Shown here: positions 1 through 9,493 of the stretch, piece after piece | Layout of the letters: every line of letters begins with the position of its first letter | Position numbering within the stretch: position 1 is the first letter of the stretch | Source: an uncultured bacterium | GTDB taxonomy: Bacteria; Chlamydiota; Chlamydiia; Chlamydiales; SM23-39 | Length of the DNA: 64,000 nucleotides | Assembly (NCBI GenBank): GCA_963716985.1 | Contig: OY970323.1 | Span: forward strand, 1,280,001-1,344,000 | Reading direction: 5' to 3' | Made by a program: the position numbers and the translations under genes | Notes under the pieces: model-generated | Databases searched by the model: none | The model's input: the letters and a program-made list of their open reading frames with translations, nothing else | Told to the model about the DNA's origin: nothing

Positions 1-2
1 GA

Positions 3-974
3 TTAGGATCTTCTTTCTTTAGCAAAAATCAGCAGATTCGCTCCTTTGCCGAAGGGATTCGCTGGGGGGAGGGATTTCCGGGCATTTACCAGATTCGCAT
101 CACTCCCAAAAAAAACGGATCTCTCTTTTTCAATGGCATACAGTATGAAGGAAGCCTAAACGTTTATAAAATCGGCGAAAAGCTCAACGTCGTCAACGAT
201 CTTTCCATCGAGTCCTATTTGCAATCCGCCCTCTCGCAAGAGTTTACCTGTCCTCTTGAAAATGAAGTGATGTCTGCTATCGCTATTGCCGCGAGAACAA
301 CGGCTTATTATTACGTGCAAAAAAACAAAGATAGTTTTTGGCACATCGACGCAAAAGAAATGGGCTATCTGGGATCTGCCCTGATTTCTCCCCAATCCCC
401 CATTTGCAATGCCATAAAGGCAACACAAAACCTCATCCTCCTCCACTCCCAAGAGCAAACGAAAACTCCCTTCCTGGCCCTTTGGACCGAGCATAGCGCC
501 GGAAAAACGGCTGCCGTCTCCTCCATTTATCGAAAAGAAATGACAAGTCCGGACGGCGTCGATGCTCCGCATGCTGCACTGGCAAGGGAAGAGGCCAAGT
601 GGTTCTATTCCATTCCGAAAGACCGCCTTTGCCATCTGTTGCAAATCGATGGAATCTCGTCCATTGATCTCTTTATCGATCCTTCCTCAAACAAGGCCTA
701 TGGCGTGCGCATCAAGGATCGAAAGGGGAAGAAGCATGATATGGAATTTGCCGTTTTTCAAAAAACGATCGGGAAAAACTCTCTTTTAAGCAACGATCTG
801 ACCCTCGCGTTGAAGGGCCACGAAGTGGTCTTTAACGGTTATGGGAAGGGGCTGGGAGTTGGCCTCTGCCTCTATTCTGCCTCTGCAATGGCGCAAAATG
901 GAGAGCTGGCCCATACGATCTTGGCCAAATTCTATCCCAACACGGAATTGACCCATCTTTCGTCGGTAAAATAA
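3..974 (+). CDS. SpoIID/LytB-family protein, 5'-truncated by the window edge
   Basis: Frame is open from position 3 (…YEGSLNVY…VVNDLSIESYLQSAL); motifs AIAARTTAYY, GYGKGLGVGLCLYSASAMAQNG, ILAKFYPNTEL. Confidence 0.85.
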   Translation, partial: LGSSFFSKNQQIRSFAEGIRWGEGFPGIYQIRITPKKNGSLFFNGIQYEGSLNVYKIGEKLNVVNDLSIESYLQSALSQEFTCPLENEVMSAIAIAARTTAYYYVQKNKDSFWHIDAKEMGYLGSALISPQSPICNAIKATQNLILLHSQEQTKTPFLALWTEHSAGKTAAVSSIYRKEMTSPDGVDAPHAALAREEAKWFYSIPKDRLCHLLQIDGISSIDLFIDPSSNKAYGVRIKDRKGKKHDMEFAVFQKTIGKNSLLSNDLTLALKGHEVVFNGYGKGLGVGLCLYSASAMAQNGELAHTILAKFYPNTELTHLSSVK

Positions 975-979
975 AATTG

Positions 980-1012
980 GAGCCCGGACAAAAAAACGGG
1001 CTCTTATTTTTT
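980..1012 (+). terminator. Intrinsic terminator after the spoIID-like gene
   Basis: Stem GAGCCCG/CGGGCTC followed by TTATTTTTT. Confidence 0.6.
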
Positions 1013-1055
1013 TAATAATTGTTCGAATCCTGGATTCTTGTTAAAATTGCATTGT

Positions 1056-1156
1056 ATACCGGGGATCTTGTGGAATAGGGTCGTCTGAACCAGGTCAGGA
1101 CCGGAAGGTAGCAGCCTTAAGGACAAGGCTTTATGTCATAAGCTCGTCTCCGGTAT
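1056..1156 (+). ncRNA. ffs: Signal recognition particle RNA (4.5S)
   Basis: Core GTCAGGACCGGAAGGTAGCAGCC; ends pair (ATACCGGGGA/TCTCCGGTAT). Confidence 0.92.
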
Positions 1157-1792
1157 ATTTTTTTCTTCCCAGTCCAAAAACTCCTTCTCCAACTGGTTCA
1201 AACGTCGTCTCAGCACATCTTCTACAGGCAAATGAAGCGATTCTGCTCGTGCCAATAATCCGATCAAGACATCTCCGAGCTCCCTTTCGCTAGTAAAACC
1301 TTCCATTTCTCCTTGAGGGAGCAAAGAAGGAGCGTTTTTTCTCACCCTCTGCACCACTTTTTGCGCTTTTGCAAGAAGGGGAAGCGTTGCAGGTATGCCC
1401 ATTAAAGCAGAGGGCCTCTTCTTTTCTTTTTTTTTCTCTTCGTTCCAAATGTCTACAACCTCTTCTGCATTTTTGGCACTCTTGTCCCCAAAAATGTGGG
1501 GATGCCTGCGGATCAGCTTTTCACAAGAGGCGTCGATCAGATCTTGAAAAGAAAAAAAATCTTTCCGCTCGGCCAGTTTGGACAGAAAGATGAGCGTCCA
1601 TAAAAGATCAGCGGCCTCTTCTTTCATGGAAGAGGGGTCTTGCTCATCGATCGCTTCAATCAACTCATGCATCTCTTCCACCAGATAGGATTGGAGGGAA
1701 AAAAGAGTCTGTTTTTGGTCCCACGGGCACCCGCCGGGGCCAAGCAGGCGATCGCCAATTTCCAAAAGCTTTTCCATTCCTTTATTTTTCAT
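1136..1792 (-). CDS. mazG: MazG nucleoside triphosphate pyrophosphohydrolase
   Basis: GGCPWDQKQT, EEMHELIEAI, KLIRRHPHIFG. Confidence 0.92.
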   Translation of the reverse strand: MKNKGMEKLLEIGDRLLGPGGCPWDQKQTLFSLQSYLVEEMHELIEAIDEQDPSSMKEEAADLLWTLIFLSKLAERKDFFSFQDLIDASCEKLIRRHPHIFGDKSAKNAEEVVDIWNEEKKKEKKRPSALMGIPATLPLLAKAQKVVQRVRKNAPSLLPQGEMEGFTSERELGDVLIGLLARAESLHLPVEDVLRRRLNQLEKEFLDWEEKNIPETSL

Positions 1793-2107
1793 TTCTCAAT
1801 TCTCCGAGCGTTCGATAAATTGTAGCTTTTTGATGAAGAGAAATCGTAACAAAAAAGGTAGATTCCCATCAAAACTTTCCGACCTGTTCTTGAATGGAAC
1901 GTTAGAGAATCGTTAAAAAAAGCGCTACCATCTACGGGAGCGCACTTCTTTTTTCTCTGTTTTTTCGATTTTGGCAGAAGAGGGAGCCGATAACTTTTTT
2001 TTGGACGAAAGATCCTCGCATGATGTTAAAAAAAACAAGAAAACAACGAAGGAAAAAAGTGCAATTTTTTTCATATTTCTGCCCTATCTTTCCATATAAA
2101 TTGTACA

Positions 2108-3205
2108 CTATTTCCCGGCAAGTTCTTTTGAAGAAAAGAGGGTTTTACAAAGAGAAAACGCCTCCTCCATCTCTTGAGGAGAAACCTTTTTTAAACAACT
2201 TCCCTCTCGACAGGTGCGAAGATGCGGACAGCACTTTTGAAACACATGCATGTAAGGACATTGTCCTTGAAAGGCTAAATGGCGCCCACCCGGGGGCTTG
2301 AAGATCTCGTGCCGCGTCGGTCCAAAAAAACTAAAGGTGGCAAGATGGGGCAAAGTGGCTCCCAAATGGAGTACGCAAGAATCGACGGCCAAAAGCAGAT
2401 CCACCCCCGACATCAAAACCTGCAAAGCCGGCAAGGAGAGCTTCTCAACAATCATGCTTTGGGGAAAAGAGGAGGAGAGCTTTTGCACTTCTTCTTTTTC
2501 CGCTTCATTGCCCCATATGAAATAGAAAAAAGAGTCTTTTTCACAGGAAATCTTTTCCAAAAAGAATTTCCAGAGAGAGGGAGAAAGCTTCTTATTTTCC
2601 CAGCGAGAAGAGGGGCTCACCAGGACTCGAAAAGAGGCGTTTTGCTTCACAAGATCTTCGCAATACCGGCTCTCTCTGTTTTTAGAAAGACGCAACAGGA
2701 TTCCCTCTGCCGAAAAGGGCTGTGAATCCTTCAAAAACCTCTGTGCAATTTCCAAATATTGCAAGCTCATGTGTTTTGTCAAATCGGGGTCAAAATGAAT
2801 ATGCGTGACAAAAAGGTTGGGCCATTCGCGCACCGATTTTGCCCCAAACCCTATCTTTTTTTTGCCTTTGGCGAAAAAAGTGAAAAAAACCGATTTGCAA
2901 TTGCCCTGGAGATCAAAAATCCAATCATATTTTTTTTTGCGCAAAAAAAGAATTTGCCGAAAGAGAGAAAGAAGAGTCGAAAAACCGCCTTTGAGCCGCA
3001 CCCCAATGGCGCGGTCAATCTTCGGGTGGGCCGCCACCAGATCCTCATAGCTTTTTTCCACAAGCCAATCGATCTTCGCATCGGGATGGCGCGCGCGCAG
3101 ATATTCGGCAACAATAAAAGACTGAAGGATGTCTCCAAGCGAAGAGCATTTAACGATGAGAATCTTCTTTTTCAAAAGCAAAACCTTCTCTAAAGATCCA
3201 ACCAT
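2108..3205 (-). CDS. Glycosyltransferase family 9 (LPS heptosyltransferase, WaaC/WaaF-like)
   Basis: ILIVKCSSLGDIL, YDWIFDLQG, VDSCVLHL, FFGPT, Cys-rich C-terminus. Confidence 0.85.
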   Translation of the reverse strand: MVGSLEKVLLLKKKILIVKCSSLGDILQSFIVAEYLRARHPDAKIDWLVEKSYEDLVAAHPKIDRAIGVRLKGGFSTLLSLFRQILFLRKKKYDWIFDLQGNCKSVFFTFFAKGKKKIGFGAKSVREWPNLFVTHIHFDPDLTKHMSLQYLEIAQRFLKDSQPFSAEGILLRLSKNRESRYCEDLVKQNASFRVLVSPSSRWENKKLSPSLWKFFLEKISCEKDSFFYFIWGNEAEKEEVQKLSSSFPQSMIVEKLSLPALQVLMSGVDLLLAVDSCVLHLGATLPHLATFSFFGPTRHEIFKPPGGRHLAFQGQCPYMHVFQKCCPHLRTCREGSCLKKVSPQEMEEAFSLCKTLFSSKELAGK

Positions 3206-3217
3206 TATAACGCAAAA

Positions 3218-4099
3218 CTAGACAAAAGAAAAAGATTTCAATGGCATGACGCCCCCCATGACCTCGGAAAATTCTTGGGGAAGAGAAGATTCAAACACCA
3301 ATTTTTCTCTAGTGACTGGATGGGTAAATTCCAGTCTTGCGCTGTGGAGCAAAAGACGTTTTACGTGGGATGGATAGGCAAATTTTTTCGCATAAGTGTA
3401 ATCCCCCAAAATAGGATGGCCTTTTTCAAAAAAATGGACGCGCAGCTGATGGGTTCTTCCCGTAACGGGCTGACAGAGCACAAGCGTTGCCTTTTTGATT
3501 TTTTTGAGTTTGCGAAAAAGGGTCAGCGCATGCTGCCCATTCTGCATCGAGCCGAAAAGGGCCATTTTTTGGCTTCTTCGGGCAAGGCGACTTTCGATCC
3601 GGCCCTTCTCTTCTTCTAGCGCGCCGTCGAGGATGGCAAGATAAAACTTTTTGACGTTGCCCGAGGCAAAAAGAGTGACCATCTTTTCTTTGATCCCTCG
3701 ATTTTTCGCCACCATCATGACGCCGCTGGTTCCCTGATCGAGGCGGTGAACAAATGTGGACCCCTTGGGAAAAGAAGATGGCAGGTTGCGATCTTCGCAA
3801 ACAAGGCCGCTTGGCTTATCGATGATAATGAGAAAATCATCCTCAAAAAGAACGCTTAGGGACTCTTGTCTTTCCGCTAAAAAATCCTTCCAATGGGAAA
3901 AAACTTCTAAACAATCTTTTTCCCTTAACTTCCTGGAAGCGAAAAGCTCTACCGCTCCGTTGATTTTACAAAATCCCTTCTCAATGAGTTTTCGTGCATA
4001 GCGGTTGGAAAGAGCGCATTTGATCTTGACAAAAGCAAGAAGAGAACTTCCTTCTTCAAATGTAGTTACGGTAAAGAGAAGAGTTTTTTCGTCTGTCAT
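3218..4099 (-). CDS. RluA-family pseudouridine synthase
   Basis: DKPSGL, VHRLDQGTSG, TGRTHQLRVH, GHPILGD; ATG 4099 overlaps the pepA stop (ATGA). Confidence 0.9.
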   Translation of the reverse strand: MTDEKTLLFTVTTFEEGSSLLAFVKIKCALSNRYARKLIEKGFCKINGAVELFASRKLREKDCLEVFSHWKDFLAERQESLSVLFEDDFLIIIDKPSGLVCEDRNLPSSFPKGSTFVHRLDQGTSGVMMVAKNRGIKEKMVTLFASGNVKKFYLAILDGALEEEKGRIESRLARRSQKMALFGSMQNGQHALTLFRKLKKIKKATLVLCQPVTGRTHQLRVHFFEKGHPILGDYTYAKKFAYPSHVKRLLLHSARLEFTHPVTREKLVFESSLPQEFSEVMGGVMPLKSFSFV

Positions 4100-5577
4100 T
4101 TTTCTTCTGCGAGGCTTTCTAAGAAACGAATAAAGAGCCTTACCCCCACTCCGGTTGCATGTGTTGTGTAAATCCCTTTTGGCTTGGCCGCCCAAGAGGA
4201 GGACCCGATATCCAAGTGGACCCAAGGAACCCGGTCCACAAATTCCTTGAGAAAAAGAGCGCCCATAATCGCCCCTCCCTTGCCATTTCCGATATTTTTT
4301 AGATCGGCAAGATCGGATTTAAGCTGTTCCTGATAGGCTTCATGAAGGGGAAGTCTCCAGAAAAGCTCGCCGGTGCTCCGAGAGGCCTCTTCGATCTTTT
4401 TCGCTAATGAATCGTTGTTGGAAAAAAGTCCGGCAATCTCCTCGCCCAAAGCAACGGAAACTGCCCCCGTTAAAGTGGCAATATCAATGATTCGGGAGGG
4501 TTTTAAATTTTTCACACCATAGGCCAAAGCATCGGCCAAAACCAGTCTTCCTTCCGCATCGGTGTTCATCACCTCGACCGTTTTTCCGGAATATCCCCGA
4601 TAGACATCCCCCGGCTTGTAGCTGCGAGAACCTATCGCATTTTCCGTCGCGGGAATCAGTCCGGTAACATGGATGGGGAGATCTAACAGCGCAAGCGCTC
4701 TCATCGTACCAATAACTGCAGCAGCTCCGGCCATGTCCGATTTCATCGTTTCCATGCTAGTCGTCGGCTTCAGGCTAAGACCGCCCGTGTCGTAGGTCAG
4801 CCCCTTTCCCACTAAAATCGTATGATCTGAAGAAGAGGCGCCTTTGTACTCAATGACGATAAAAACCGGATCCACGGCAGCGCCTTGGCCAACTGCTAAA
4901 AGAAGACCCATCTTCTCTTTGATCAACTGCTCTTTTTTGAATAGGGTGACCTTGATTTTTTTGGAGAGCTTTTCAAGAGACTTCGCGGTTTCGGCAAGGT
5001 GCGCGGGCGTGATCTGATCTGCATTGTCATTCACAAGATCGCGCACTAAATAAACGCTTTCGGCAACGATTTGATCACGGGCCAGGAAAGGCAAACTTTT
5101 TTGATCCGCCCCAATGAAAGCCACATCCGAGAGAAGCGTCGCTACCTGATCTGCATGCTTGAACTTGTCAAATGCATAGTTCGAAAGAAAAAATCCTTCG
5201 CACATGCATCGCAACAGCTCTTTCAAAGCCATTTTTGCAAGATCGGGAATAAGAAAATTTGCCGTCTTGATTTTTTTGGAGATCAGGGCTGCGGCAGCGG
5301 CTGCCACTGCGGACCTGATTATCTCCTCCGTCAGTTCGGATGAGTTTCCCAAACCCAATAGGAGGACTCTTTTTTCCTTCGTACCGCTTCCATAGAGAAA
5401 AACAACCTCACCCGCTTTCCCGGAAAAGTCGCCCAGTTTTAAGGGCTCGAAAAAAAGAGGGTCCAATTTTTTTTGGGAAAATGCGGGAATCGCCCTTTTT
5501 TGATCTTGAAAAAATGGCAAAATCAAGCAATCGAACAACTTCCTTTCTGAAAAATGTTTACATCCAATAATCTTCAT
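4096..5577 (-). CDS. pepA: Leucyl aminopeptidase (M17)
   Basis: VGKGLTYDTGG, MKSDMAGAA, NTDAEGRLVLAD. Confidence 0.97.
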   Translation of the reverse strand: MKIIGCKHFSERKLFDCLILPFFQDQKRAIPAFSQKKLDPLFFEPLKLGDFSGKAGEVVFLYGSGTKEKRVLLLGLGNSSELTEEIIRSAVAAAAAALISKKIKTANFLIPDLAKMALKELLRCMCEGFFLSNYAFDKFKHADQVATLLSDVAFIGADQKSLPFLARDQIVAESVYLVRDLVNDNADQITPAHLAETAKSLEKLSKKIKVTLFKKEQLIKEKMGLLLAVGQGAAVDPVFIVIEYKGASSSDHTILVGKGLTYDTGGLSLKPTTSMETMKSDMAGAAAVIGTMRALALLDLPIHVTGLIPATENAIGSRSYKPGDVYRGYSGKTVEVMNTDAEGRLVLADALAYGVKNLKPSRIIDIATLTGAVSVALGEEIAGLFSNNDSLAKKIEEASRSTGELFWRLPLHEAYQEQLKSDLADLKNIGNGKGGAIMGALFLKEFVDRVPWVHLDIGSSSWAAKPKGIYTTHATGVGVRLFIRFLESLAEEK

Positions 5578-5589
5578 ATACCCCCCTGA

Positions 5590-6057
5590 TCAAAAGGGAA
5601 TTTCATCATCTAATTCGGATTTTGCATTATTATTTGATGGCTGCGCTCCGGAGGAAAAGGAGGCGAAAGCGGCCTCTTCTTTGGGCGCCGCTTCTTTGGA
5701 AGAGTCGTGAGTGGCCTGCCCCTCAACACTAGGTTTTTCTCCGCCCTTGCCAAAGGGGCTAAACATCAAATGGACCGCAGTTACGTTCATGGAAATTTGG
5801 GAATTGCCTTCGCGGTCTTTAAAGATTTCGGGTTTTTGCAAATCCCCAACCACCATAATAGCGCTTCCCTTTTTCAAATAGGGCATCATCTTATCGAACT
5901 GCTCACCCCAAACCGTTGCGCGCCACCAAATCGTGTCGTCCTGTCCGCCTTTACGCACACGGGCCGCTACGCGAAGAGTTGTAACCTTCTGGCCTGAAGA
6001 TGTAAAGCGAACTTCTGGATCTGCGCCTAAATGTCCTGCAATATGTACGAGATTCAT
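5590..6057 (-). CDS. ssb: Single-stranded DNA-binding protein
   Basis: GHLGADPEVRFT, C-terminal DDEIPF. Confidence 0.97.
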   Translation of the reverse strand: MNLVHIAGHLGADPEVRFTSSGQKVTTLRVAARVRKGGQDDTIWWRATVWGEQFDKMMPYLKKGSAIMVVGDLQKPEIFKDREGNSQISMNVTAVHLMFSPFGKGGEKPSVEGQATHDSSKEAAPKEEAAFASFSSGAQPSNNNAKSELDDEIPF

Positions 6058-6113
6058 AAAACCTCTCTCCCCTTTGATTTTAAAGTAATTATGAAACTTC
6101 TACTATTAAACAT

Positions 6114-7319
6114 TCAAGAAAAAAGAGACTCCGCATACTTCTGTTTTGAATCTCTGCTGAAAAACAAAAAAAGGCCTAAAATGATAAAAGGCAGGCTTAA
6201 ATATTGGCCCATTTCCAAAAAGGAAGTTTCCTTGAGAAGCAAGCTTTGCTCCTCCTTCAAAAATTCAATCAAAAATCGAAAACTGAACACGCATGTTAAA
6301 AACAAACCGATCAACTTCCCTTTTTTCAGTAAAAACCGAGGATTCCTGCTCAAAAAGGTCAGGAAGAGAAAAATGAAAAAATAAAAAATTGATTCATACA
6401 GCTGCGCAGGATGCCTTGCGATCGGAGCGCCGCCATCCATAGGATGGCCGAAAACCACTGCCCAGGGCAGCGAAGAGCTCTTCCCCAAAATTTCCTGATT
6501 GAAAAAATTGCCGAGGCGAATGCACATGGCAGCAAAAGCGGTGGGAATCGCCATCAAATCCAAAAGGGATCTCCAATCGATCGAATAAGAAAATCGCCTC
6601 TTCATCCACCGGCAAAAAGAGAACAAAGCAATCAAAATCGCAAGCGCCGCTCCATGGCTCGCAAGCCCCCCTTCCCACGTCTTGAAAATCAGCAAGGGGT
6701 GGTGTATGTAGAAGGAAAAATGCTCATAAAAAACCAGATGGCCCAGCCTTGCCCCAATAATCGTAGCAAGCATCATCGAAATAAACAGCTTTTCGGCAAT
6801 TGCAAAAACTCTTTTTTTCAACGTATGCAAGCTAGCGGAAAACTGCTTTTCGAAAAAAATCCTCATCGCAGCATGGATGGGATTGCGATAACAGCTTTGG
6901 CAAGAAAGCTTTTTCAACAGAGGATCTTTTTGCATGACGGAAATCAACTCGGAATCGTCAAACAGTCGATTCAAGGTCAAAAGAAGGATCCTCTTCGCAT
7001 GTGCCTCCTCTCCGTGTGTATTCAAAAGGATCTTTTTCTTCTGCGGGCCCAAAAGAGAAAAAAAGGAGTTTTGCACCAGCTTTTGCATCTCCCCATCGGG
7101 ATGGCGCAGGAGTTCCAAAAGAGAGGAAAAGGAGCAGATATCTCTTTCGGCAAAAAGAGCAGATTGTAAAAAATAGCGCTTTAAAAAAAAGGCAAAGAGA
7201 AAATAAGCGCCTAAAAATCCCACCGCAAAAAGAAGGCTATACCATAAGATAGGGAAATTCCAATAAGGAATCGAAAAAATTTCTCTTGAGGGATCCCAAA
7301 AAAAAGATGCAATGTCCAT
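6114..7319 (-). CDS. lgt: Prolipoprotein diacylglyceryl transferase with an approximately 120-aa insertion
   Basis: IIGARLGH, WEGGLASHG, RLGNFFNQE, RHPAQLYE. Confidence 0.95.
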   Translation of the reverse strand: MDIASFFWDPSREIFSIPYWNFPILWYSLLFAVGFLGAYFLFAFFLKRYFLQSALFAERDICSFSSLLELLRHPDGEMQKLVQNSFFSLLGPQKKKILLNTHGEEAHAKRILLLTLNRLFDDSELISVMQKDPLLKKLSCQSCYRNPIHAAMRIFFEKQFSASLHTLKKRVFAIAEKLFISMMLATIIGARLGHLVFYEHFSFYIHHPLLIFKTWEGGLASHGAALAILIALFSFCRWMKRRFSYSIDWRSLLDLMAIPTAFAAMCIRLGNFFNQEILGKSSSLPWAVVFGHPMDGGAPIARHPAQLYESIFYFFIFLFLTFLSRNPRFLLKKGKLIGLFLTCVFSFRFLIEFLKEEQSLLLKETSFLEMGQYLSLPFIILGLFLFFSRDSKQKYAESLFS

Positions 7320-7343
7320 ATGGGGAAAAGTATAGAGGGAAAA

Positions 7344-7769
7344 ATGTTTAGAATCAAGGTCCTATCCATCGGAAAAACAAAAGAAGAATGGCTTTGTCTT
7401 GCACTCAATGAATACGAAAAAAGGCTATCTTCTCGAGTGCGGATCACATGGGTTTTAGCCAAGGATGAAAAAGATTTTTTGAGACAAGTCGAAAAAGAAA
7501 ACCGCTTTGTCTGCTTCGATCCCCATGGAGAACTTCTCACCAGTGAAGTGTTTAGTAAAAAGGTGATGGCCCTTTTCGCGCAAAATAAAAACCATCTCAC
7601 CTTTCTCATTGGAGGGGCGGCAGGTCTCGACCCGGCCATAAAAGGACGATCGAAAGCCAACTTGAGTCTTTCTCCGATGACCTTCACGCATCAAATGACC
7701 CGGCTCATTTTGATCGAACAGCTCTATCGTTCATTTGAAATTTGCGCAAATAGCGCCTATCATAAATAA
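7344..7769 (+). CDS. rlmH: 23S rRNA (pseudouridine1915-N3)-methyltransferase
   Basis: FLIGGAAG, SLSPMTFTHQMTRLILIEQLYR, C-terminal YHK. Confidence 0.92.
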   Translation: MFRIKVLSIGKTKEEWLCLALNEYEKRLSSRVRITWVLAKDEKDFLRQVEKENRFVCFDPHGELLTSEVFSKKVMALFAQNKNHLTFLIGGAAGLDPAIKGRSKANLSLSPMTFTHQMTRLILIEQLYRSFEICANSAYHK

Positions 7770-7797
7770 AAAAAATTTCAATTTACATTTATCTTCA

Positions 7798-7826
7798 TCG
7801 ACAAAAAAATCGCGCCTTTTTACAAT
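7798..7826 (+). promoter_or_regulatory. Putative sigma66 promoter of the PIN/TRAM-acpS operon
   Basis: TCGACA-17 nt-TACAAT. Confidence 0.5.
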
Positions 7827-7860
7827 TTGCCTCGTTTACTTTTTTTTAAACTAGGAGGCC

Positions 7861-8013
7861 CGGGGTGTTAACTTTCGATAAAAAAATCCCTGATCCCCCT
7901 ATGAATAATCCGGCATGTTTAAGCCCCCCTCTGCCCAATGAAAACAGGGATGGATTACAAAGGGAAGTTCCTGAGCATAGAAACGGGACACGCCACCAAA
8001 AATTAACACCCCA
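7861..8013. mobile_element. 153-bp MITE with (C/T)GGGGTGT ends resembling the IS at 39137
   Basis: TIRs CGGGGTGTTAACTTT / AAAATTAACACCCCA; 9-bp direct repeats TAGGAGGCC at 7852-7860 and 8014-8022. Confidence 0.8.
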
Positions 8014-8023
8014 TAGGAGGCCT

Positions 8024-9085
8024 ATGAATGTAGCTCTTTTTTTTTCAAGAATTCTTTTTCTTGTGTTGAGTTCTTTTTTCATCACCACCTATGTGATGTC
8101 GATCCCTTCGGAATCAAAAACCATCGCCGCCTTTTTGGGAATCGGAATCGGCGTGCTATTTAGTTCTGTTCTTTTTGGCTTTGACATCCTTTTTCGCAGA
8201 GCGAACTTGCGATCTTTCAACATCGCTACGATCGGTCTTTTTGTTGGCTATCTCATGGGAGAAGCGCTCGTTTTAATTTTGCGAACTATCACTGATATCG
8301 GATCGTGGACGATCCATCTATCTCCAGAGGTCCTAGAAATACTCAAGATCTCCCTTTTCCTCTTTGGAACATATCTTGGGCTAGTCATGACTCTGCGCGC
8401 CTCCGACGAGCTCTATGTGAGCATTCCCTTTGTCAAATTCCATCCTCTTGCGCACAAGAAAAAAGATCTCTTGCTCGACGGATCTGTTCTCTCGGATGCG
8501 CGAATCATCGATCTTGCCGCCTCCGGAATTGTCGACCACCATTTCATCTTATCCAAATTCGTCCTCAAAGATCTCTATATGCAAGCGGAATCTTCAGACG
8601 AAGCAGTTGTCGGAAGGGCAAAGCGCTCGCTTGAAAATCTCAAAAAGCTCGAAAACCTGCTCTCCCTTGAGATCCGCTCCAGCGATACGGACTTTCCGGA
8701 AATTAAAGACATCATGGGAAAACTCATCCGTCTTGCGCGGCTTCTCGATGCGAACATTCTGACGACCGATATCAATCGAGTGCAGATTGCGGCCATTGAA
8801 GGAGTGAAAATCATCAATTTGCATGCCCTTTCCAATGCCCTTAAACCCTTAATGCAAACCGGGGAAAAGCTCAAGATTAAAATCCAACGCTTTGGAAAAG
8901 AGCCTCGGCAGGGAGTAGGCTACTTGGATGACGGCACGATGGTTGTCGTCAATGGAGGCGGGGATTTCATCGGAGAAACGATCGATGTCTACGTCCTTTC
9001 CGTCAAACATACGGCATCGGGCAGAATGATCTTTTGCAACACGATTGAAGAAATAGTTCCAACCCCCATGCTCACGAATGTCTAA
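8024..9085 (+). CDS. Membrane PIN/TRAM-domain protein (YacL-like)
   Basis: N-terminal TM segments, LLLDGSVLSDARI, GKEPRQGVGYLDDGTMVVV, TASGRMIF; alternative GTG start at 7865 inside the MITE. Confidence 0.9.
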   Translation: MNVALFFSRILFLVLSSFFITTYVMSIPSESKTIAAFLGIGIGVLFSSVLFGFDILFRRANLRSFNIATIGLFVGYLMGEALVLILRTITDIGSWTIHLSPEVLEILKISLFLFGTYLGLVMTLRASDELYVSIPFVKFHPLAHKKKDLLLDGSVLSDARIIDLAASGIVDHHFILSKFVLKDLYMQAESSDEAVVGRAKRSLENLKKLENLLSLEIRSSDTDFPEIKDIMGKLIRLARLLDANILTTDINRVQIAAIEGVKIINLHALSNALKPLMQTGEKLKIKIQRFGKEPRQGVGYLDDGTMVVVNGGGDFIGETIDVYVLSVKHTASGRMIFCNTIEEIVPTPMLTNV

Positions 9086-9485
9086 CGGTAATACTTCCCC
9101 TGCCCCCATGACATCTATTCGAGGCCTTGGCACGGACATTGTAGAAATCGTGCGCATCAAAAAAAGCATCGAGCGCCATGGGCAATATTTTCTCAATCGT
9201 CTTTTTACGGAAAGAGAGCAGAATTATTGTCTGCGCTTTCGCGATTCTGCTCCCCATTTTGCCGCTCGTTTTGCAGCAAAAGAATCGGCTGTCAAGGCCC
9301 TCGGGATCGGCTTTGGGAAAGAAGCGTCCTGGCACGATATTGAGCTTCTGAATGACCCCATCGGCAAACCCTTCTTCTCCCTCTCTTTGCACTTAAAAAA
9401 GATTTTTCAAGATCCGAGGCTTCTCGTAAGCTTAAGCCATACGGAAGAATATGCGACGGCAGTTGTGATTTGGACGACGGGCTAA
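9078..9485 (+). CDS. acpS: Holo-ACP synthase
   Basis: GLGTDIVEI, AARFAAKESAVKALG, VSLSH. Confidence 0.95.
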   Translation: MSNGNTSPAPMTSIRGLGTDIVEIVRIKKSIERHGQYFLNRLFTEREQNYCLRFRDSAPHFAARFAAKESAVKALGIGFGKEASWHDIELLNDPIGKPFFSLSLHLKKIFQDPRLLVSLSHTEEYATAVVIWTTG

Positions 9486-9493
9486 ACCTTTTT

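Noticed and set aside
1789..2107. Small gene upstream of mazG
   Set aside because: The minus frame is open from about 2025 but offers only a 26-codon ATG ORF with no RBS or motif
6411..7169. Long antisense or alternate-frame ORFs (e.g. 6411-7169, 27196-28425, 59938-60691)
   Set aside because: Shadows of well-supported genes, with no motifs or RBS
7852..8022. 6S RNA or riboswitch, given the size and paired ends
   Set aside because: Only the termini pair; flanking 9-bp direct repeats and IS-like ends fit a MITE better. An Rfam scan would settle it
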